DNA of 64,000 bases, taken from IMG/VR virus record IMGVR_UViG_2767802105_000001, positions 1-64,000 of that record; one strand, written 5' to 3'. Position 1 is the stretch's first letter. Each line of letters opens with the position of its first letter. Position numbers and translations under genes: made by a program. Positions 17,035 through 25,300 of the stretch are shown here, piece after piece. The notes below the pieces were generated by a model. That model made no database searches, was not told the origin of the DNA, and was given only the letters and a program-made list of their open reading frames with translations. The DNA is from a virus. Taxonomy: Duplodnaviria > Caudoviricetes.

Positions 17035-17284
17035 CACCGAGTTGCAAGCCGCAATGGACCGCCTCGGCCAGACGATCGCGCGCGCCACCCTGCGAGCCCT
17101 ACGCAGTAACGCCAGCGACTTCGCCCTCACCGGCCGTTGGCGCCCCGAAGCCCACCGGATCGTCTACCTGTTCGGCCGGGCGTACTGGTGGGACCGGAAC
17201 CCCGACGGCCGCCTGGCCTTGCAGCCTGCCGTGTGGATCAACGCTCCCGACCCACCACGAACCCCAACCGTGGCCCGTAGGTAG
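17021..17284 (+). CDS. Hypothetical protein
   Basis: GGAGGG SD, last gene of operon. Confidence 0.65.
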   Translation: MTAPDTELQAAMDRLGQTIARATLRALRSNASDFALTGRWRPEAHRIVYLFGRAYWWDRNPDGRLALQPAVWINAPDPPRTPTVARR

Positions 17285-17522
17285 CCCGGTACTGGTCCGG
17301 CGTCCACGCCCGACCCGTACTGAGGAACACGGGGTCCACGCGGGCGCCGCCCGTCGTCTCGTCGTCGGCGACCAGCACCCAGCCCACCAGCACTCCCCCG
17401 CCCGGCACATCGGTCACGTCAGTGCCGGGTGGTGCAGTCACGTCGACGCGCAGCCCGTCCACGGCGGGCAGCGTCCCGAGAATGCTGCCCGGCCCGTTCG
17501 TCTTCTCCGTCATGATCGGCAT
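17238..17522 (-). CDS. Hypothetical protein at end of tail operon
   Basis: Directly follows tail hydrolase gene. Confidence 0.7.
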   Translation of the reverse strand: MPIMTEKTNGPGSILGTLPAVDGLRVDVTAPPGTDVTDVPGGGVLVGWVLVADDETTGGARVDPVFLSTGRAWTPDQYRATYGPRLGFVVGRER

Positions 17523-17523
17523 G

Positions 17524-19179
17524 TCAGCTCGTCAGCATCGGCAGGATGACGCCCGCCATCGCGGCGAACCCGGCATCCGACAGGTGCACCCCGTCCGTGC
17601 CCGACGCGCCGGTTCCTGCCGATGTTCCCCAGTAGCCGAGGCTGTTCCAGTACTGCCAGGAGTTGCGGCCGATGGCCCACCAGTCGACGAACGCGCACCC
17701 GAACGCCTCCGCCAACGCCCGCCCGCGGATCGCGTAGTCCTGGTACTTGAAGTTCGTGACGTCGTGGGTGCCCAAGTGAGGCAAGGCGATCATGATGTCG
17801 CAGTCGCCGAGGGCAGCCCCCGTGTCCTTCACTGCCTTCAACCACTTCGTGACGTTCGTCGCCCACGCGTCGCCGGTCGTGTTCGCCGCCGCATCGTTCG
17901 GGCCCGCCGTGTAGATCACCAGGTCGCCGGGGAAGTCGACGCCGCCGTTCCACGTGGCGTTCAGGGCGGTGGTGGCGTTGTTGCCGTAGGTGTCGGACTT
18001 GGCTCCGGCCAAAGCGCAGTTGTGCACGATCACCCCGGACGTGTTCTCGCCGGAGACGCCGCACACGGACAGGTACTGGCCGGTCGTGGCGGTGCCGACC
18101 TTGAGGACCACGGTGTGCGTCGTGTTGGACAGGCCGGTCACGGTGGTGACCTGGATGGCGGCGGTGCCGGACGGCTGCGGCACGGACACGTCGGCGGCGC
18201 CGTCGATGGAGTACAGCATGGCGGGCCTCGTGCCCGAGCCGACCACCGTGTAGATCCGCACAGTCGTGCCGCGGGCCTTGAAGGTGAGCGTGTTCCCGGT
18301 GACGTCGCTGTAAATGTAGTTGGCGCCGGGCCCGTACTTGGAGCCGCCCTGCGTCCACGTGCCGGTCTGGGTGACGATCGCCCCGGCCGTGGTCCACGCC
18401 GCCAGGGCGGCAGCATCCCCCGCGGCGAGGATCGTCGACGACAGGGACGTCTGCTGGAGTCCGCTACCGCCGTCCCCGTACAGGGCTTGCAGGCTGCTCG
18501 CGAGGACGCCCGGCCACGACTTGGTGCGCGGGTTGGAGGCGTAGAAGCCCTGCGTCGCCGACCCGCCGAGGGTGACGATGCGGGCCAGGCCCGACCCCGC
18601 GGCAGCAGCATCCCGCTTGGCCCGCCAGAAGGATCCCCAGCCCGACGGGGTGTAGATCCCGAGATCGCTGCGGCCGATCTTCAGGTTCTCGCGGGCCATC
18701 CGCATGTTCGACACGTCAGCGAGGTTGCTGGACTTCTGCATCGCCCCGACCGGCGAGTACAAGGCGTCCGCCGCCGTCTTCGTCAGCAGCGACCCCCCGC
18801 CCGATACGGTCAGGTTCCCGCCGACGGACACGTCCCCCGTCACGTCCAGCGTGCCCGACACGGTACCGCCGGCCTTGTCGAGCTTGCTGTCCAGGACAGA
18901 GCCGACGTCGACGGCGGTCATGGCGTACCGGTGCCCATACCCGAAGTCGATGTACAGCGACGTGACGCCGTCGGGCCCGTAGAAGGCGACAGCGCCGTCG
19001 GCGTCCGCGGTGAGCGTGGTGATGGGGCTGCCGGTGAGGTCGGTCAGGTCCGAGATCTGGGTGCCGCCCGTGACCGCGGTCCACACGGTGCCGGTCGCGC
19101 CGGGCCGCACGAGGAGCTGGTTGCCGACGCGCTCCATCGCGTAGTCGGAGGTGCTCCCGCCGAACAAGTGCCTGGCCAT
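17524..19179 (-). CDS. Tail-associated protein with SGNH/GDSL hydrolase domain
   Basis: N-terminal MARHLFGG phage tail module; GGSATQG, GPNDA, DGVHLS blocks. Confidence 0.85.
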   Translation of the reverse strand: MARHLFGGSTSDYAMERVGNQLLVRPGATGTVWTAVTGGTQISDLTDLTGSPITTLTADADGAVAFYGPDGVTSLYIDFGYGHRYAMTAVDVGSVLDSKLDKAGGTVSGTLDVTGDVSVGGNLTVSGGGSLLTKTAADALYSPVGAMQKSSNLADVSNMRMARENLKIGRSDLGIYTPSGWGSFWRAKRDAAAAGSGLARIVTLGGSATQGFYASNPRTKSWPGVLASSLQALYGDGGSGLQQTSLSSTILAAGDAAALAAWTTAGAIVTQTGTWTQGGSKYGPGANYIYSDVTGNTLTFKARGTTVRIYTVVGSGTRPAMLYSIDGAADVSVPQPSGTAAIQVTTVTGLSNTTHTVVLKVGTATTGQYLSVCGVSGENTSGVIVHNCALAGAKSDTYGNNATTALNATWNGGVDFPGDLVIYTAGPNDAAANTTGDAWATNVTKWLKAVKDTGAALGDCDIMIALPHLGTHDVTNFKYQDYAIRGRALAEAFGCAFVDWWAIGRNSWQYWNSLGYWGTSAGTGASGTDGVHLSDAGFAAMAGVILPMLTS

Positions 19180-19198
19180 AGGTGTTCTCTCTTTCTGC

Positions 19199-20218
19199 TC
19201 AGGCGAGCCAGTAGGAGCCGTCGATCGTCAGGACGTCGCCGGTACGGATGTTCATCGGAAAGTTGGTCAGCAGGTTCCGCATGTCGGGTTTCGACGTTGT
19301 TGCGGAGCCGTTGGATACGGGGTACTGGAGGCGGGCGATCCGGCCCGTCGAGATCGTCGGGTAGAGGACCGCGACACCGCCGGCTGAGCCCTCACCGTTC
19401 TCGGAGCCCAGGAGCCACGTGAACAGGGCGCGGTGTACCGATGAGGCGGGCAGGCCGGGCGGGAGGGACACTTCGATGGGGTCTTCGTAGGCGGGCGGGT
19501 TCCCGGTGGGCTGCAGTTGGATGCTGAGGTCGACGCGTCGGCCGAATGCCTGGTAGCGGCCGTAGTTGAGGCTGCCGCTCCCCCAGTTGATGGTGGTTCG
19601 TCCGCCGTTCACGGTCCATACCGGGGTGTAGGTGGTGTCGTCGGCGCCTGCGGTTGCCATCCACCGCCACTGGGCGCCGTCCCCCGCGTAGAGCTTGCTG
19701 TCCTCGACGAGGAGCGCGTTCTTCTCCGGCGGTCGGCGCGCGCCGGGGATGCCGGGGACTGGGGGGCGGCTGGCGAGGTAGCGCTTGTCGATGACGTTGG
19801 CGGCGGTGACGACGGAGGATCCGGCGCCGACGGTGCACTGGGCGAGGGGGATCTCCCATACGCCGGTCTCGCTCTGCGTGAGGGTGGGGGCTGCGGTGCC
19901 GCCGGTCTTGTATTCGGCGGTGACCTTCTTCGCGGTCTGGTCGGCGCGGAGGATGACGTAGTCGACGCGTGCCGCGCCGCCCGCGTTGGCGGGCACAGGC
20001 AGGTTCTTGGGGGCGTCGAGGTGGTAGAAGAAGCCGTTGACCGTAGCCGGACCCGGGGCGACGGTGACGGTGGTGGTGCCCGAGCCTGTCACCTTCAGGG
20101 CGGTGCTGGAGGCGTCATCGGCGTGGACGCCGTCCAGGATGGCGCGGCGCACCATGCGGGACCACTGCAACTGGGTGGTGATCGGGGAGCCGGTGAACGG
20201 CGCAGAGAACTCAGCCAC
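19199..20218 (-). CDS. Minor tail protein
   Basis: VTVAPG.A.VNG, RVDYVILR, P.LTQ...WEIPLA. Confidence 0.85.
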   Translation of the reverse strand: MAEFSAPFTGSPITTQLQWSRMVRRAILDGVHADDASSTALKVTGSGTTTVTVAPGPATVNGFFYHLDAPKNLPVPANAGGAARVDYVILRADQTAKKVTAEYKTGGTAAPTLTQSETGVWEIPLAQCTVGAGSSVVTAANVIDKRYLASRPPVPGIPGARRPPEKNALLVEDSKLYAGDGAQWRWMATAGADDTTYTPVWTVNGGRTTINWGSGSLNYGRYQAFGRRVDLSIQLQPTGNPPAYEDPIEVSLPPGLPASSVHRALFTWLLGSENGEGSAGGVAVLYPTISTGRIARLQYPVSNGSATTSKPDMRNLLTNFPMNIRTGDVLTIDGSYWLA

Positions 20219-20219
20219 G

Positions 20220-21395
20220 TCAGGCCACCTTCCTGGTTTTGAGGCGCCCGACGTCCGTCTTGACCTGGGCGATGTACTTGTAGATGCGGGCCACTGCGCT
20301 GTCGCCGGTGCTGTCGCCGCCGACGGTGGCCTTCACTGTGGAGCCGGTGGTGGAGCTGGTGAGGGTGACCTCGCGGACGGTGTCCGTGTACCAGGCGCCG
20401 CCGCGTAGCTGGGCGGAGACGGTGTCGCCGACGTTGTAGTCGCGGCCGTAGCGGAGCAGCGGCAGGTCGATCGGTGAGATCGACAGCGACCCCTTCCCGG
20501 CACCGTTGGTGAGGGCCTCTTCGCCGGCCTGGTCCATCTGCGCGGTCAGGTCGACGGAGGCGGTGTCGACGCTGGTCCGGTCGACGAACTGCTCGAGGAC
20601 GAGGCCGGGGAAGAGGGGGTCGGCCCGGTCGTACACCTTGCAGACCCTCGGTGAGGTGCCGCCGCCTGCGACGACGATGGCGCGGGTGCAGGTCGGTGGG
20701 GTGGTGCTGTAGGAGGCGTCGGTGAGGTTGCCGAGCCCGAAGCTGAAGCGGGCCGTGCCGGAGCGGTCGGCGGGCTGGAACACCTGGAACTGCAGGCCGC
20801 TGCCGACCTGGACGACGCGGAAGCCGAGCCCCGCGGCCTCTGCGATGTCCTGAAGGACGGTGAGGAGGTTGTCGAACTGGTTGACCTCCCGGACCAGGGC
20901 GGGTCCGAGGACCGTATTCGGGGCGAGGGTGAGCAGCGGGTTGCGGCGGGAGGCGAGCGCGCCGGGGCCGGCGTTCAGGTTGACCAAGTTCCGCATGCCG
21001 GTCTCAACAGCTGCTACGTCGATCTTGTAGACGGAGGCGGATTGGGAGCCGATCGCCGCGGTTGGTGACGGCCAGCACGCGTACCGGGCGAGGATCTCGT
21101 CATCCGACACGGCGCCTACGGTGAGCTTTCCGCCGCCTGCGTCCGCCTCGGAGCGGGACCAGTCCACGGTCCGGATCGGGCCCGTGAGGATGGTCTCACC
21201 TCTTGGCGTTTTCGCGATCAGCCCGTTGCCTTCGACGAGCAGTGGCGCGCTCGGCGAGTCGGCGGCGATCTCCATGGTGATGGCGCCGATGGCGTTGTAG
21301 CGGGGCACAACCGTGAGCTGCGTGTAGTCGGCGACCTGCCCGATCCGCTGAAGCGTCGAGTTGCGGACGTAGACGCGGGGTGTGGTGGGTTCCAT
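20220..21395 (-). CDS. Minor tail protein (ReqiPepy6 Gp37-like)
   Basis: Position after distal tail gene, YGRDYNVGDTV motif. Confidence 0.85.
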   Translation of the reverse strand: MEPTTPRVYVRNSTLQRIGQVADYTQLTVVPRYNAIGAITMEIAADSPSAPLLVEGNGLIAKTPRGETILTGPIRTVDWSRSEADAGGGKLTVGAVSDDEILARYACWPSPTAAIGSQSASVYKIDVAAVETGMRNLVNLNAGPGALASRRNPLLTLAPNTVLGPALVREVNQFDNLLTVLQDIAEAAGLGFRVVQVGSGLQFQVFQPADRSGTARFSFGLGNLTDASYSTTPPTCTRAIVVAGGGTSPRVCKVYDRADPLFPGLVLEQFVDRTSVDTASVDLTAQMDQAGEEALTNGAGKGSLSISPIDLPLLRYGRDYNVGDTVSAQLRGGAWYTDTVREVTLTSSTTGSTVKATVGGDSTGDSAVARIYKYIAQVKTDVGRLKTRKVA

Positions 21396-21405
21396 GGCCA
21401 GCCCC

Positions 21406-22347
21406 CTAGGACGCCAGGTAGCGGGGCTGGTAGGTGAGGGTGACGCTCGTCGCCGACGTCGACCCGGCCACGACCAGGTTCAAGTCGTTCTCGCCTTCCT
21501 GCAGCGGCCACAGCTCGGACGCGTCAGACAGGTCGGGCCACAGGTTCGTCACGCCGTTGAGGAGTGCGGTCTGGCGGCGTTCGCGAGTGTCGATGACGAT
21601 CGTGTCCGTGCCAGAGATCGTTCGGGTCAGCTTGATCTCCTGCCCGGTGGTGTCGTTGATCAGGGTGATGCTGGTGGCGGGCCCCTTGATCGTCCAGACG
21701 GGGTAGGCGACGTCGTCGCCGACGTTGTCCACGGTGACCTCACCGAGCACCTGCGAGTCCCCCACCTGCACAGGCAGAATCGGGAAGAACTCGGCACTGG
21801 AGCCGGCGGAAAAGCTGTGGGTGACCTCGGTGCCGGTCCAGTACGGGGAGGGCACGCCGAAGGTGAGGGCGTTGATGCACCAGCGTTCCCCCGCAGCATC
21901 GAGGGACTCGTCGCCTTCGAGGCCGCCGGTGTAGTAGGCGCCGATGCTGCGGGTGGCCCCGTCCGGCTCGGTGAGGGTGAGGGTGCCCACGCCGCGTTTC
22001 GGGTTCAGGCTGTTGATCAGCTTGCGGCGGCGTTCCTTGTAGGCCTGTCGGGAGTCGTTGGCCCAGAACGCGATCGGCAGGGTGATCGTCTTGCCCTGTG
22101 CGCGGACGTCCCGTACCTCGTAGCCGTCGATGCCCGGTGACTCGTCGGTGGCGACCTGGTAGTCGGGCATGTCCAAGCCCTTGGCGCCGGGCTGGAGCAG
22201 CCAGCCGCGCTCCCAGTCGGAGAAGACCGTCACCACGCCCCGCGGGTCGGTGAACGACACCTGCGGCATCTGGTTGATGAGCGCGGGCCACGGCGGGCCT
22301 TGCTGCTCCTCGGGCGGGATGGTGACGGAGGGTACGAGGATCGGCAT
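21406..22347 (-). CDS. Distal tail protein
   Basis: Follows tape measure; NVGDDVAYPVWTIKGP, LWPLQEGEN. Confidence 0.88.
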   Translation of the reverse strand: MPILVPSVTIPPEEQQGPPWPALINQMPQVSFTDPRGVVTVFSDWERGWLLQPGAKGLDMPDYQVATDESPGIDGYEVRDVRAQGKTITLPIAFWANDSRQAYKERRRKLINSLNPKRGVGTLTLTEPDGATRSIGAYYTGGLEGDESLDAAGERWCINALTFGVPSPYWTGTEVTHSFSAGSSAEFFPILPVQVGDSQVLGEVTVDNVGDDVAYPVWTIKGPATSITLINDTTGQEIKLTRTISGTDTIVIDTRERRQTALLNGVTNLWPDLSDASELWPLQEGENDLNLVVAGSTSATSVTLTYQPRYLAS

Positions 22348-25300
22348 CAGCCCATCACCACCGTTCGGTGCAGCATCTCGTCCATGGCCAGGGCGTCGTT
22401 GACGCTCTTGCGTGAGGCGACTTCGCGGACCAAGGCGTTGTAGTTGAGGACGCGGTCGCCGCCGTTGCGGATGGTCTGGCTGTTCTGTACGCGGGCTGTG
22501 GTCGCTGAGGCTGTGGCGCGGACGGCGTTGGCCATGCGCAGGGTGGCCGCCTCAGCGTCGGGGACGGACGCTGCGACGCCCTGGGCGAAGCCCTGCCCGG
22601 TGAACCGGCCGAGAGCGTGAAGCACCCGTGACGGCGACTTGATCTTCAGGGACTGTTTGATGCTCGCCTGAACGGATCGGGCGAGGATCTGCATCTGCAG
22701 TTCGATCAGCTTCTGGGTGGACTGCAGGCCGGTCAGGTAGCCCTTGCCGGAGGCTGTGCCCGCGTCGTACATGGCGTCCGCGGCGCCCAGGCCCAGGCTG
22801 GTGGCGGCCTTGGAGATCGCGGACTGGGCGGCGTTGATGTCCTTGAGCTCGGCTGGCGTGGCGTCGACCAGCGCCTGGGCGTAGGCCGCGCCCTGCTCCG
22901 GCCCGGCGGTAATGATCTGCTGGAGGAGGGTCTTGTTCAGGCCCCGCTCCCCCAGCAGTTTGATGTTCGCCCCGAATTTTTTGAGCTGGCCGAGGCGGAC
23001 GTTCAGGCCGGCGAGGATGCCGCCCGCGTTGAAGGTGTTGCCGGCGCTGGGCAGGCCGGTCATGGAGGCGAAGGAGTTGGCGCCCTCGGTGGTGGTCTTC
23101 GCCAGTTCCTTCGCCGCCGTGATCTTGGCGGCGATCGCGTCACGCTGCTTGGACAGGGCCTGGAGTTTGGTGTTGGTCGTGGCGATCTGCTTGAGCAGCT
23201 TGTCGTCGAGGGTGGTCTTGACGCCCTTGAACGCGTTCTTGATCGCGGTGGCGACCTTGGTCATCGCCGTGTTGATGGCGGCGGCGGTGCCCGTCAACGC
23301 CTTCAGGAAGTCGCCGCCGACGGCTGCCGCGGTGGGCCCGGTGTCGATCTTCTTGCCGCCGACCTTGATGATGCCGCCGGAGGTGTAGCCGCGGGGCAGG
23401 CCACGCCGGATGCCGACGACGCCGCCGCGGGCGTAGCCGCCGGGCCGGTTGTATGCCTTCGACAGGGAGCCGTAGCGGGCCAGGGCGTACCGCATGCTGG
23501 CGTAGATGTTGGCCATCGGGTCGACGCTGACGCCGTACATGAACGGGCCGGTCTTCTTGTACTTTCCGGCATAGGCGGCGAACGTGCCCCGGATGACCTG
23601 CATCAACCCGACGGACGGGTGCCCGGCCTTCCAGTTGGAGTCCCACCGGTTGACCGCCCGCGGGTCGCCTCCACTCTCCTGGTTCATGCGGCGCAGCGTC
23701 GTCGACACCAGCGACACGGACTGGCGGAGATCGCCGAGGGCCTGGCGGACGACGCCGGTCCAGCGCTGGACGCCGGAGCCGCCCTCGCCGCCGGTCAGGT
23801 ACTTCATCGGGTCGACGGTTTTGCCGTTGACGCGGGCCTCGAGGTGAAGGTGCGGTCCGGTGACGTTTCCGGTGGCGCCGACAGAGCCGATGCGGGCACC
23901 CTGCTTGATGCCGTCACCGGCCCGGGCGACCATCGCCGACATGTGCGCGTACAGGGACTGCAGGCCGCCGCCGTGGGAGACGGTGACGTGCTTGCCGTAG
24001 GGGCCGCCGGACTGCACCTTCTGCACGGTGCCGTTGTCGACAGCGACGACCTTCGTACCGGTCTTCGCGGGGAAGTCCAGGCCGGTGTGCCGGCCGGACG
24101 ACCACATCGAGCCGCGCTGCCCGAACCGGGTGCCGTAGGGGGCGTTGACGGGTTTGATCCAGGCACCGGACGCTTCGGGAACGTCCTTGCCGCGGATGTA
24201 GTCGATGGTCTTGTCGATGAGGTTGAGGGGTGCTCCCGCGATGGCGCCGGGCCAGCCGCTCTTGTTGCTCCCCAGGGCTTTGGTGATGCCGGACTTGACG
24301 GGCTTGAAGGCCTTCTCGGCGAGGGTGGCGAGGCCGCCGCGGACGGCGTCTTTGCCCTTGTTGAGGGCGTCGCCGACGTGGGAGGCGATGCTGGAGCCGA
24401 TGGATTTGATGCCGCCGAGGATGCCGCCCTCGGCGAAGCCCATCTGTGCGCGGGCGACGGCGGGGTGGGTGCCTCGGATCGCGGCGGCGTTGAGGGCGTG
24501 GAGGCGGGCCCGCTCGTAGGGGTCGGCCATGACCTCCGACACGTACACGCCTTCGCCGCGGCGCATGGGCACGAGTTGGTCGTCGCCGTCGCGCCATGTG
24601 GACCAGCCGGGGAGGATGCCGCCGCGGGCGAAGCCCTTCGGCATTGCCATCTTCTTCAGGTCCGGCACGCCGGGGATCTTCGCTGCGGTGGCGTTCCAGA
24701 CGCCGACCACGCCACGGTTGTACACCGTCTCGATCCAGAATCGGATGGGCGTTTTCACCAGGTTTTGCAGGCCGGACCAGGCCTTGCCCAGGCCCTTGAC
24801 TGCTTCCTTGAAGGCGCCGGTCAGGCCGCCCGCGAACTTGTCCCAGCCCTCCTGGACGAGTCTCCAGGCGCCGGAGGCGATGGACCGGACGCGGCCCCAG
24901 AATGACTCCCAGATCTCGACGGCGCCGTTCTTCAGTGCCCGGAATCCGGCGACGACACCGTTCTTGATGATGGTGACGATGTCGCGGAGCCAGTTCCACA
25001 TCTTCTTGAACCAGCCGAGGGTGCCGTTGACGATGTCGGGGATGATCGAGTGGCCGAGCAGTTTGTCCCACAGCCAGTGGAAGCCCTCGAAGATCTTCTT
25101 GACGCCCTTGGTGAGGATGTCGACGAACCAGGTGATTCCGCCGATCACCTTGTTCATGATCGGGACGAGGAAGCCGATGGCTGCGGCGAGCACCTTCGTG
25201 AACAGGCCCGCCAGCTTGACGATCAACGGCATCAGTGGAGTGATCACCTGCATGGCCAGGGTGATCAGTGACAGGGCGAGCTGGGTGAGCGGCGGGATCA

